Below are positions 18,552 through 27,306 of a stretch of DNA of 64,000 nt, one piece after another. The notes under the pieces are model-generated. The model was not told where the DNA came from. It did no database searches and was given only the letters and a program-made list of their open reading frames with translations. Both the position numbers and the translations under genes were made by a program. The first letter of the stretch is position 1; the number at the start of each line of letters is the position of its first letter. Location of the stretch: IMG/VR virus record IMGVR_UViG_3300023296_000874, positions 193,534 to 257,533 of that record; one strand, written 5' to 3'.

Positions 18552-18950
18552 CTACAGGTTCTTCTTGCCGGAGAGGTTGTTCACCTTCCGGTCAAAGTCG
18601 GTAACGTCCCCACCGCGCTCCTTTACGATCTTCTTGGCGTCTCCCCACGTCTCAACCTGCTCACCGCCCACGTTGGGTGCCAGGGTGGGTAGGGTGTGAG
18701 CGTAGCGCTCGCGCTGACGTCGATCCATCACAGCGGTTCTATTCGCACGGTACCTCTTCTCCTTGAGAGTCTTCCCAGGCCACTCACCCTTCATCTGAAC
18801 CTGCCCCCGCCAGTTGGCAGCGATGAAGGTCTTGCTCATTGAGCCGTCACACTCCGTACACGGAGGTTGAACGGTCTTGGCATCAGAAACTGAGTAGGTG
18901 AGCTCGGTGGTGTAGTCACACGAGGAGCATCGGTAGCTGTACTGGGGCAT
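18552..18950 (-). CDS. FmdB-family zinc-ribbon protein
   Basis: MPQYSYRCSSC...CTECDG. Confidence 0.8.
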   Translation of the reverse strand: MPQYSYRCSSCDYTTELTYSVSDAKTVQPPCTECDGSMSKTFIAANWRGQVQMKGEWPGKTLKEKRYRANRTAVMDRRQRERYAHTLPTLAPNVGGEQVETWGDAKKIVKERGGDVTDFDRKVNNLSGKKNL

Positions 18951-18953
18951 TGC

Positions 18954-20045
18954 TTATCCTGTATGTGTAAGTGCTTCGGCAATCGCGAAGATCTCATCTA
19001 CGAGTCCTACGTGGTTGTCGAGCTGTAGTCCCATGGCCTTGAGGCGGCGGGACGGTCCATCTCTCTTCACAATCTGAGCACCCGCACTTGCCGCACGGTT
19101 GTAGAACGTGTCTGAGGATGCTTTCTTGCGCTGAAGAGCGTAGTTCAGAAACAGGTCAGAGCAGGCGTATACATGCTTGCAGACACGGTTCTGATTGCCA
19201 GGGTCCTTCACGGTAGGAGCAGCTCCGTTGGAGCGCGGCTTCCTGTCGAGGTACCCATGTCGTGCGGCGTGGTGGTCAGGTCCCTGCCACTTCCAGAAGT
19301 TGCACGAGCAGCCCATCTTGAGATCGAGCTTCGGAACGTACTGAGCAGAGCTACCCTTGGGCTTCGCAGCCTTGAGGTGAACCGTGTGGGAGTCACTGGA
19401 CCCGGAGCTCTGTACCTTGAAGGTCCAGCGCCCCTGAGCCGGGTTGGCCTTTATGAGCCGAACCTTACAGTCACGAGAGGATTGTACGATGGTGCTCTTG
19501 AGTCCCGCGATGATCCCGTCCCACCGCATCGCTACCTTTCCAGCCCGGCGAGCTTGGTAACTCATCAGAACTGGGTCGTAGTCTGCCATGAGCATCGCGG
19601 CACGAGCATCGCGTCGGTTCGATTGGTTGGCGAGGTCCCGCTCGTATTCGTCACTGGTCAAGGGCACACGCAACCGGGGCTGGTGTTCGATGGGGTCGTC
19701 TTGGTAGTTCTTCTGAGTGATCTCAGTCTCATCCTTACCTGACATACCCTGGTCTTTCCCAATGTCGTTCGCGTTGTCAATCCGCCAGATGGACTCGTCC
19801 TCGTTGTGAGGCTCCTCCTTCTGGTTTGGGTGCGTGAATGTTTGTGTCTCGGGCGACATGAACAGATGTGCGTCGCTTGCAAGAGGCCGGAACCCCTCCA
19901 CCTGCGAAGCGATCTCCGCAGGCAGGAGGTGAACCGAACGTGTTGCAGGCGGCATGGCCTCCATGAACTCGTCCATTGTCCCGAAGACGTCTTGTCTTTG
20001 GAACTCGGTCCATGCGGACTCAGAGATGTGAAGGTCGTCTGCCAT
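18954..20045 (-). CDS. SWIM zinc-finger-like protein
   Basis: GCSCNFWKWQG...DP...VCKH. Confidence 0.7.
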   Translation of the reverse strand: MADDLHISESAWTEFQRQDVFGTMDEFMEAMPPATRSVHLLPAEIASQVEGFRPLASDAHLFMSPETQTFTHPNQKEEPHNEDESIWRIDNANDIGKDQGMSGKDETEITQKNYQDDPIEHQPRLRVPLTSDEYERDLANQSNRRDARAAMLMADYDPVLMSYQARRAGKVAMRWDGIIAGLKSTIVQSSRDCKVRLIKANPAQGRWTFKVQSSGSSDSHTVHLKAAKPKGSSAQYVPKLDLKMGCSCNFWKWQGPDHHAARHGYLDRKPRSNGAAPTVKDPGNQNRVCKHVYACSDLFLNYALQRKKASSDTFYNRAASAGAQIVKRDGPSRRLKAMGLQLDNHVGLVDEIFAIAEALTHTG

Positions 20046-20060
20046 GCTCTCTACCCCAAC

Positions 20061-20228
20061 TCAGTCGGTGCTGATCTTCTTCTCGGGGCGACCCTTGTCC
20101 TTGGTGTTCGCTGCCGTGTCGGAGTTGGGGGTGACGAAGCGTCCAGCGGTGTGACCGTTCTGAACGCGAACAGGCTTGGCCTGGCCGGGCGTGTTGCTTG
20201 CCAGTCCCATGCAGTTTGTACGTGCCAT
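20061..20228 (-). CDS. 55-aa ORF missed by the ORF track
   Basis: GAGG RBS; MARTNCMGLASNTPGQAKPVRVQNGHTAGRFVTPNSDTAANTKDKGRPEKKISTD; fills the intergenic gap. Confidence 0.6.
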   Translation of the reverse strand: MARTNCMGLASNTPGQAKPVRVQNGHTAGRFVTPNSDTAANTKDKGRPEKKISTD

Positions 20229-20267
20229 GATAGTATCCTCTCAGGTGGTGTTGAAGCTACTGGTGTA

Positions 20268-20867
20268 TCAGCTTGTTGTTGCGGTCATGGAGGGGAACCC
20301 GTTGGTGTCTTCAGCGAACAAGCCGCCTTCAAGCACGGTGCGTCCACCCCAGTTTCCATTGGCGATTGTAGTTGAGATCGCGTAGGAGTTTGCATCCGAA
20401 CCCTTGAGGTCACCCTCAACGAGCATGGTGTCCCCCGCTCCCGCAGTAGCAATCACCTCGCCGGGTGTGGTCGTCAGAGCTGCATACACAGCACCCGCGC
20501 CAGCACCCAACCGAATCGCAGCGATCAGGTTGTCCAAAGAGTCCGAAGCAGAAGCTCCGATCAGGACGTTGCCGTCTACGTTCGTGAGTGACGTCTGGAA
20601 GGTCCACGTCTTCGAAGCCACGGTGATGGTCTGCGTGTCAGCAGGCTGTCCCGTGAGTGTGAAGGTCGCGGCGGCATCTACCACAACAGAGCCAGCAGTC
20701 TCACGGGCAGTCACCGCATCTGATGCGGAATCCCCCGATAGCTCCTGGCTGATGCTCCCCGTCTGAGTAGGCACGCCATTGGAGGAGTTGAACTCCTTCC
20801 GCTGACTGACATAGACCGACCCAGAGAAGGTCAGAAGCTGTACTCTCTGTCCAGTTGGCTGGCCCAT
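20268..20867 (-). CDS. Putative virion structural protein
   Basis: Thr/Ala/Gly-rich; ATFTLTGQPAD.TITV...VLIGA...NLIAAI. Confidence 0.6.
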   Translation of the reverse strand: MGQPTGQRVQLLTFSGSVYVSQRKEFNSSNGVPTQTGSISQELSGDSASDAVTARETAGSVVVDAAATFTLTGQPADTQTITVASKTWTFQTSLTNVDGNVLIGASASDSLDNLIAAIRLGAGAGAVYAALTTTPGEVIATAGAGDTMLVEGDLKGSDANSYAISTTIANGNWGGRTVLEGGLFAEDTNGFPSMTATTS

Positions 20868-20876
20868 GTCTCACTC

Positions 20877-21902
20877 CTACTTGAAGGTCACATCCGGAAA
20901 GTTCTTCTCGAGCTGAGTCTGGAAGCTCTCCGTGCTCTTGGCGTACACGGCAGTCAGGCGGGTCGGGTTGGTGCTGTTTGCCTTGCACCAATCGAGCCGC
21001 TTGCGCCAGTGCGCCTCATGCGGGAAGCCGTCAGGGTATCCGAACTCGTTCAAACCATCGGAATCAGGTTCACCTTCCGTGGCTACGGAAGCTGTGCGCG
21101 CCTTGGAAGCCGCAGTAGGAGCTTGGCCTGCTCTCTTGGCGAGAGCAAGACGGATGTCATCAGCAAGTGCTGCGGCATCCTCCTCAGTGTGCTCTTCGTT
21201 GACGCGGCTGTCCGCAATCGCCCTACGCTCCTCAACTGCCGCCGTCTTGAGACGTGCCTTGCGGTCATCCAGGCTCTCGATCTTCGCCACAACCACGCCT
21301 TCGCTCTGGTCGCTGATGATCGCCATGCCACCACCGGTCACCTTGGGGCCAAAGCCCTCAGCCTTCATGGCTTGGTCGATGGCGGTCTTCATCTTGTCAC
21401 CCGCAACGGCTACCTTCTCGGTCTCCTGCTGCGCCTTCAGTGCCTCGGCCTCTTCGGCGGCTACTACTGAGCGTCGTACCGGGATCGTGCGGATGTTGGC
21501 CTTGCCTACAACCCTCTGCTCCTCGGTGATGATGCGGGGCTTGGTGGTTGCTGCCGTCGTCTTGGCAGTCTCTTCAGTGCTCTTGCGGTTGCGGCCATTC
21601 ACCTTCTCGGGGAGGCGGATGGTGGCTACGATCATGTCGTCGTGGTCTTCTACGATCACGGGCATGGTCGGCTGCTGGGGTGCCTTGGGGGCCGAGGCAG
21701 CGGGTACGAAGTCCTGCGTGCCGTCATCCTCAACGATGAGCCCTGCGCGGTTGAGCATCGAGAAGCCGGACACCTGATGGGTGGTTCCGTCCTTGAGTCG
21801 CGTCATGGACCCACCGTCGAAGGTGAGTCGCTCGCCCGCTGTGAGGTTCTGGACGATCTCGCCCATGTGGAAGTTCCTCATTACCACGTATTCATTCTGC
21901 AT
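20877..21902 (-). CDS. Hypothetical low-complexity protein
   Basis: AGGAG RBS before ATG 21902. Confidence 0.7.
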   Translation of the reverse strand: MQNEYVVMRNFHMGEIVQNLTAGERLTFDGGSMTRLKDGTTHQVSGFSMLNRAGLIVEDDGTQDFVPAASAPKAPQQPTMPVIVEDHDDMIVATIRLPEKVNGRNRKSTEETAKTTAATTKPRIITEEQRVVGKANIRTIPVRRSVVAAEEAEALKAQQETEKVAVAGDKMKTAIDQAMKAEGFGPKVTGGGMAIISDQSEGVVVAKIESLDDRKARLKTAAVEERRAIADSRVNEEHTEEDAAALADDIRLALAKRAGQAPTAASKARTASVATEGEPDSDGLNEFGYPDGFPHEAHWRKRLDWCKANSTNPTRLTAVYAKSTESFQTQLEKNFPDVTFK

Positions 21903-21960
21903 GTGTGTCTCCTGGTTGGTTGGGAGGACCGGTGCGTACACCTTCTCTCTCCAGGAGAGC

Positions 21961-21976
21961 TACAAGTGGATTATGA
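21961..21976 (-). promoter_or_regulatory. Putative late promoter motif (its TAA is the stop codon of the upstream gene)
   Basis: TCATAATCCACTTGTA. Confidence 0.7.
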
Positions 21977-22195
21977 GTCCCTCTGCTCGGACGGCAGGAG
22001 TTTCAGCGGAGAATGCGCAAAAACTGGAGTCTCGGCGGTTCTATCCGCTCTGACTTGCCGGAGCTGATCTGGCGTCAAGTGGCTGTCTTCGGTCACCAGA
22101 AAGAGCGGTGCCGGTGTGGTGTCGTAGGCTGAACAGATGCTCAAAACCTCATCCACGTCAGCGTCACTGAGCACTACAAGTTCAAAACGGTCCAT
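21971..22195 (-). CDS. Hypothetical protein
   Basis: AAGGAGG RBS. Confidence 0.6.
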   Translation of the reverse strand: MDRFELVVLSDADVDEVLSICSAYDTTPAPLFLVTEDSHLTPDQLRQVRADRTAETPVFAHSPLKLLPSEQRDS

Positions 22196-22221
22196 GCAGG
22201 CCTCCTTCCCTTGAAGTACCC

Positions 22222-22237
22222 TACAAACAGACCATGA
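22222..22237 (-). promoter_or_regulatory. Putative late promoter motif (weak)
   Basis: TCATGGTCTGTTTGTA, 27 nt upstream of ATG 22195. Confidence 0.4.
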
Positions 22238-22240
22238 GAA

Positions 22241-22687
22241 CTACTCGACGGTCATGGGGACCATGTCTTCCACAGCCTCAAGTCCGAAGTTCGGGCTGGG
22301 GATGGTGCCGATCATGCGCAGGAAGTCGTCGTCCACGTTCATGAGCACAACCATCGCAATCCCGTTGGCCGGGTCGTAGGAAGCCTGGATGCATGGTACG
22401 AACCCTACGCCCTGAGCCTCTACCTGTCCGCTCTCGTGAATGGCAGCGAAGAGCTTGTCAGCCTCCGCGATCATCAGAGAAGGATCCTCTACACGGATTG
22501 CAACATTGGGGAAGGGTAGGGCACAGCCATCGTCCTCATCCAAGTCAGGGAGCTCAGGGGCCAGGAAGTTGTTCGGGTCGTCATCGAACTTCGTCGCTCC
22601 GTCTCCCGAGTCGCAGGTGGTGAAACCCAGGCTGGTCAGCCAGCGGACAGTCTCACGGATTCCGGGGTCAAGTTCGTCGTAGTTCAT
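22241..22687 (-). CDS. Hypothetical protein (LDPGIR..V..L...GF.TCDSGDG family)
   Basis: ATGA overlap with the Nudix stop codon. Confidence 0.65.
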   Translation of the reverse strand: MNYDELDPGIRETVRWLTSLGFTTCDSGDGATKFDDDPNNFLAPELPDLDEDDGCALPFPNVAIRVEDPSLMIAEADKLFAAIHESGQVEAQGVGFVPCIQASYDPANGIAMVVLMNVDDDFLRMIGTIPSPNFGLEAVEDMVPMTVE

Positions 22688-23079
22688 AGCAGTTCCTTCA
22701 GGCGCGGCAGTTGTAGAGAGGGCATACGAGTCAGGCACCCAAGCGCACGCGGGTACATCCATCGGTATTGCTTGTGAACGCTAAGGACGGGCGTGACAGG
22801 CGTTGAGACCTCCACCCTGTAGGTGCGTGCAAGGAAGGGAATGCCGTCCTCCTCGAGAGTGAACTCGTCCTCCCACAACAGCTCGTGAACCGTTGGTGTG
22901 AGTTCGAGTTCTTCTTGCCACTCGCGGATGAGAGCGTCTTGGTCTGTTTCACCACGCTCAACCTTTCCGCCTGGGAACTCCCATTTGCCAGCATGAACCC
23001 CATAGCCGCGCTCGGCTACAAAGAACTTGCCGGAACGGTCCCACATGGCTCCGATGACGACTACGATTGGATCACTCAT
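22684..23079 (-). CDS. Nudix hydrolase, MutT/NudG-like
   Basis: WEFPGGKVERGETDQDALIREWQEEL Nudix box. Confidence 0.9.
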   Translation of the reverse strand: MSDPIVVVIGAMWDRSGKFFVAERGYGVHAGKWEFPGGKVERGETDQDALIREWQEELELTPTVHELLWEDEFTLEEDGIPFLARTYRVEVSTPVTPVLSVHKQYRWMYPRALGCLTRMPSLQLPRLKELL

Positions 23080-23130
23080 GTGTCCTGTAACGTGTAGGTC
23101 CCTTGAATAAGGGCTTTCACCCTTCTCGAG

Positions 23131-23793
23131 CTACCTGACGTCGGCAGCCCGGCTGATCACCTTGACGATGGCAGCAGCGTCGAGCCAGCGGGAGCTGCGG
23201 TCAGAGGGACGCCGTGCGCGCAATCCGTGGTAGTAGCTCATGAGATCGGCAGTCTCCTTCCGAGCTTCGATGCGGTCGAGGTACTGCTGCTTCCCACGCT
23301 CGTTACCCTTGAAGCGGTCGATGCCTACCTTGCCTGTCCTGTAGTTGGTACCCGTCACGATTTCGTGGGCGGTAGTGCTGCGGTAGCGGTAGGCAATCAC
23401 GTCCCCAACCTTGATGTCGAAGTGGTCGAGTGCGGCTACACCGTCAGCCACACGCTCCGCAGCCTTCTCTTCGCGAGCAAGCTCACGGGCCTTGGATTCG
23501 TCCTGCTTCTTCTTGGTGCCCTTGCCGCCCCGGCCTCGGCTTACCAGCTCAAGGAAGCGGAGCTCGCTGTACTTGCCCTTCTTGAAGCTCCCAGAGTAGT
23601 CTCCTCCATCATCGGTGGTCATCTTGATGATGTGGGGCTTGGTACGAGCGCGGTAGCTGAACTCGTAGGAGACAATGACGCCCGGCTTCCAACCCTTGCG
23701 CGTCTGGATCTTGACCTTGTCGCCTGGCTTGATGGTTTCAACGTCGCGTGCGGACGTCTTGCTCAGGTCCTTGATCTCGTTGGAGACGGGCAT
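23131..23793 (-). CDS. Basic hypothetical protein with two SH3/KOW-like segments
   Basis: IKPGDKVKI and IKVGDVIAY; GAGG RBS; leader ending KTSA. Confidence 0.65.
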   Translation of the reverse strand: MPVSNEIKDLSKTSARDVETIKPGDKVKIQTRKGWKPGVIVSYEFSYRARTKPHIIKMTTDDGGDYSGSFKKGKYSELRFLELVSRGRGGKGTKKKQDESKARELAREEKAAERVADGVAALDHFDIKVGDVIAYRYRSTTAHEIVTGTNYRTGKVGIDRFKGNERGKQQYLDRIEARKETADLMSYYHGLRARRPSDRSSRWLDAAAIVKVISRAADVR

Positions 23794-23849
23794 GTGTACC
23801 TCGAATGGGGAGTGCGCTGGAGTGAGTTCCGTGTTCCAACAACGCATCT

Positions 23850-23865
23850 TACAAACGGATTATTA
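23850..23865 (-). promoter_or_regulatory. Putative late promoter motif
   Basis: TAATAATCCGTTTGTA. Confidence 0.7.
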
Positions 23866-23956
23866 GATACGAAATCGCACGAATTGACGCTCGGACACGT
23901 TACAAGACTTGTAGCTGTGCTCTTTGACATACACGCAGGGATCAGGAACAACTCAA

Positions 23957-24028
23957 CCCGGCCATGTTGCCATAGCCGGGCGAAGTGTCGAGCAGCCCGC
24001 AGGCTACCCACTGCCGCCCCGAAGGGCG
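23957..24028 (-). terminator. Two tetraloop hairpins downstream of the major capsid gene
   Basis: CGCCC-TTCG-GGGCG (24015-24028) and CCCGGCTATG-GCAA-CATGGCCGGG followed by TTGAGTTGTT (23957-23980). Confidence 0.65.
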
Positions 24029-24033
24029 CTTGA

Positions 24034-24927
24034 TCAGCGGGTGATGCTCAGGCGGGTGAGGCCACGGGGGTTGAAAGCACCGATGCCGAGGTTCTCGAAG
24101 ACGCTGAACCCGATGGTCCGGTTCTTCGGGTCGTCAGCACTGAGCACCGTGAGCTCGGTACGCACCGGGATGCGTCCGAAGTACTCAGGCTCGCAACACA
24201 CGTACACGGTACCTGCGCTCACGAGTCGAGTCACGATGATCTGGGCTCCCCAGAGGTTCGCCTGGAGTCCGGTGCGCAGCAGTGCTGCCTGGCTCTCCAT
24301 GTCGAGTACATCTCGGCCCCACTTACGGATGTCCGTGAAGTCGCGGGCGTTGATGAACACTCGAGCAACGCGAAGGTCGTGTGCTTCGATCAGCGAGAAG
24401 GCGTCAGCCATCACGCTTGGAGTGATCGGAGCGGTGACGGTCACGTCAGCGTTCGTCTGGCCAGCCAGGTCGTCGAAGCCGGATACCGCAATGGCATCGA
24501 GCACCTGGAAGACGCGGGTGTCTTCCTCAACCTGAATGGCAACCTTCGCCAGGTCCTGGGCGCGTTCGATCAGATCGAAACGACGCTCCTTGATCTGGGT
24601 CAGGGGGATCTCGGGGTTGGTGGCGATCTCAAAGAGGGGGAAGATCACACGGCGCGGCTTGGTGATCGCGAGAATGTTCTCGCCTTCCTCACCAATGACG
24701 TACGCGGTCACGTCCGGGTCCTTGTCGTAGATCGGCAGTGCGCCGTCGGGGAGCTGCTCCACCAGGAAGGTCTTGCGGCCTACCGAGGTGTAGTCGCGCC
24801 GAGTACGGAGCGGCTGGATCATGGAAGCTGCCAGACGCTGCCTTCCGGCAGCAGTCTTGAGAAGCTCCGAGATCACCTGCTGCTTGGTAGCGTTGCTGAT
24901 CTCTGGGTTCTGGGTGTTCACAGGCAT
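24034..24927 (-). CDS. Major capsid protein (HK97 fold)
   Basis: Follows protease, scaffold and decoration genes; strongly biased codons; EEDTRVF, FINARDFTDIR, LWGAQIIV, GTVYV, ENLGIG..NP motifs. Confidence 0.85.
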   Translation of the reverse strand: MPVNTQNPEISNATKQQVISELLKTAAGRQRLAASMIQPLRTRRDYTSVGRKTFLVEQLPDGALPIYDKDPDVTAYVIGEEGENILAITKPRRVIFPLFEIATNPEIPLTQIKERRFDLIERAQDLAKVAIQVEEDTRVFQVLDAIAVSGFDDLAGQTNADVTVTAPITPSVMADAFSLIEAHDLRVARVFINARDFTDIRKWGRDVLDMESQAALLRTGLQANLWGAQIIVTRLVSAGTVYVCCEPEYFGRIPVRTELTVLSADDPKNRTIGFSVFENLGIGAFNPRGLTRLSITR

Positions 24928-24936
24928 GTCATCTCC

Positions 24937-25557
24937 TCAGATGCGAAGGTCGATCACCATGAAGGCGTCGGCCGAAGAAGGGGCCTGGAGCACAACGCCA
25001 ATGACGGTGGCTTCGAGCACGGAGAATCCACCACTTACGTTCTCGTAAGTGTCTTCTGGAATTCCGGTCAGGATGCCGTTGTCAGATGCGTAGAGCCTCA
25101 TGCCAGCGGTGTAGGTGATGGTGGCGTCGATCGCGACGGCAGTACCGTCGCTCAAAGTTCCACCGAGGGTCGAGACGTCCTCGTAGAGGTCCACCTTGTA
25201 GGTGCCTCCGCTGCAGACGTATGGTCCCTTCCCGCTGGCAATACCTGGAGTGTTCTCGTAGGCGTTGCCGACCGCGTCATTGATGAACAGTCCGAGCGGT
25301 ACGTTTGCACCTGCCTCAGTCACAGCGGCACCTGCGGATGTGTATCCGGGTCCTCCGATGTAGTTCGATCCGACGTCGGGTCGCGTGAAGGCTACAGATC
25401 CCCCGAGAACGCCGCTTGTGTTCACCTGGTTGGCCCAGGTAGTAGCGGTGTTCGCGGTATCAGCAGTAGGGCTCGAAGGGTTACTCTGAGTAAACGAATC
25501 CTCAGTAAGTACGCCCCAGGAGTTCCGGTGACCTGGGTATCTAATGTCCAGTGCCAT
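24937..25557 (-). CDS. Capsid decoration/cement-like protein
   Basis: Immediately upstream of the MCP; PLGLFINDA, Y..G..LYASDNG.LT, IGVVLQAP motifs. Confidence 0.65.
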   Translation of the reverse strand: MALDIRYPGHRNSWGVLTEDSFTQSNPSSPTADTANTATTWANQVNTSGVLGGSVAFTRPDVGSNYIGGPGYTSAGAAVTEAGANVPLGLFINDAVGNAYENTPGIASGKGPYVCSGGTYKVDLYEDVSTLGGTLSDGTAVAIDATITYTAGMRLYASDNGILTGIPEDTYENVSGGFSVLEATVIGVVLQAPSSADAFMVIDLRI

Positions 25558-25655
25558 GTTATTGCTCCGAATGGGTTGAAAGCCTTTATAGGTTTTACGA
25601 AAACACTTATGTGTCGTGCCCTGCTTGCGCGGGGCAAAGTCTGATCAGCTCAGGA

Positions 25656-26882
25656 TCAGCGGAAGTCCCCACTCACGTCGGGATCGCTCTTCCAGAGCTT
25701 GCTGAGGTCGCCAAGTCCGTTCTCGGATGCTGTCTTGGAAACGCCACCCAGCTTGGCTACGCCGCGCTTGGGTGCGGAAGCAGTCTTGCCTGCCTCAGCG
25801 GATGCGAAGATGTCGTTCAGCATGTCGCCCTCGGGGAGGGTGTCCATTGCCGGAGGAGTCAGCTCAATCTCGAGGCCGGAGTCCAGAAGCGGGGTGGCAA
25901 CCACCTCGGCGGCGAGGGCGTCGGCAGTGGCGTCGGCAGCTACGGAAGCTTCCTTGTCCTCACCCTTGTCCTCTTCCTTCTCGTCCTTGTCGTCGTCCTT
26001 GTCATCCTTGTCGTCGTCCTCGTCATCGGAGGCAACGGTCAGGGTGTCAAGTCCAGCGGTCAGGGCGGCAAGGCGGTCCTCTACGGATGCCTCCTTGCTC
26101 TCTTCCTCTTCCTTCTCGTCCTCGTCGTCGCCAGCACCCTTCTCGAGGGTCGCAAGGCGAGCCTCAAGAGCGGCAATCACGTCGCCGTGTGCAGAGGCGT
26201 CAGAGGCGCTCTTGATGGAGTCGAGCTCGGTACGGAGGGTGTTCAGGGCGGAAGCTTCCTTGCCGTCCTCTTCCTTCTCGTCCTTCTCGTCGTCGGTGGC
26301 TACAACGGCAGAAGCTTCCTTCTTGTCGTCGCCCTCGTCCTCATCCTTCTTGCCCTTCTGGTGCTTCTTGAAGGCATCGGGCACTTCACCCGCACCAACG
26401 ATGCGAGCAATGGTAGCGTCGAGGCTACCGGGTCCCATGTTCATGAAGTCGCGAGCCTGGTTCTGGATGAACCCTTCGTCGCCTTCGGGGAACATGGCGT
26501 GTGCCAGGTGGAGAGCCTTGTGGGCCAGCTTGCGGGCACCCTCAAAAGCTGCCTGCCGGTCGGCAGAAGCCTGCTTGAGCGCCTCGTCTGCTGCAGCCTT
26601 GTCATAGGAGGGCGGGATCTGCTCCCGGTCCTTCCATGTGCTGTCCAGGAAGTTGCCAAGGCCAACCTCGTTCCGTCCCTTCTCGTACTCCTGCTTCCAG
26701 GTGTCGACGGGCTGAACATCTTCTGCCCAGGAACTCGGGTTGCCATTCTCGTAGTGCGTCACAGAGGGCTCAGATCCAGGGCGTCGCTCCTGATTCATGA
26801 GGTAAGGGTCAGCCGACTTCCCAAAAGAGCCGGTCTTGGGGTTGTAGCCCCGCTCCGTGAGCCGCGTGCGTGTGTCGGCCAT
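25656..26882 (-). CDS. Capsid scaffolding protein (acidic, coiled coil)
   Basis: D/E/K-rich; repeated KEAS/KTAS/KQAS/KSAS; lies between the protease and MCP. Confidence 0.7.
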   Translation of the reverse strand: MADTRTRLTERGYNPKTGSFGKSADPYLMNQERRPGSEPSVTHYENGNPSSWAEDVQPVDTWKQEYEKGRNEVGLGNFLDSTWKDREQIPPSYDKAAADEALKQASADRQAAFEGARKLAHKALHLAHAMFPEGDEGFIQNQARDFMNMGPGSLDATIARIVGAGEVPDAFKKHQKGKKDEDEGDDKKEASAVVATDDEKDEKEEDGKEASALNTLRTELDSIKSASDASAHGDVIAALEARLATLEKGAGDDEDEKEEEESKEASVEDRLAALTAGLDTLTVASDDEDDDKDDKDDDKDEKEEDKGEDKEASVAADATADALAAEVVATPLLDSGLEIELTPPAMDTLPEGDMLNDIFASAEAGKTASAPKRGVAKLGGVSKTASENGLGDLSKLWKSDPDVSGDFR

Positions 26883-26925
26883 GATATTTGCCTCCGAAAG
26901 GTTGTCCAACTCGGACGATAGGGGC

Positions 26926-26941
26926 TACAAAAGGATTATGA
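26926..26941 (-). promoter_or_regulatory. Putative late promoter motif (consensus copy) for the scaffold-decoration-MCP transcript
   Basis: TCATAATCCTTTTGTA, 44 nt upstream of ATG 26882. Confidence 0.8.
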
Positions 26942-26976
26942 GAGTCTCGAGAGGAGATGGAGTGCAGCCCAGTACT

Positions 26977-27306
26977 TCATCTCTTCTTCATCCACGGGTA
27001 CTTTCTATGTACCCCTCTGCTGCGCTGTCGCTTTCTGTATCTCTTAGTCGAAGGCTTGCGCTCAATACGCTCCCGCCTACGCTTGTACTTCTTGCCCGCT
27101 GGTGTACGCGTCCATCGCCTGCGCTTTCTGCGCTCGTTCGACGGCTTGCGACGCCAGCGTGTCTTCCTCCGAATGCCACGGCGCTTGCCTGCATCGGATC
27201 GAGGTTTCTTTGCCGTCACATCGCTCGCCAACTCCATCATTTCCGTGCCCAGCTCGATGCTGTGCATGGCAAGACGGATGGCGAGGCTGGTCAGGCATAC
27301 TTTCAC
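26977..27306 (-). CDS. Protamine-like Arg/Lys-rich protein
   Basis: GTGA coupling to the protease; 41 of the last 77 residues are R/K. Confidence 0.65.
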   Translation of the reverse strand: MKVCLTSLAIRLAMHSIELGTEMMELASDVTAKKPRSDAGKRRGIRRKTRWRRKPSNERRKRRRWTRTPAGKKYKRRRERIERKPSTKRYRKRQRSRGVHRKYPWMKKR

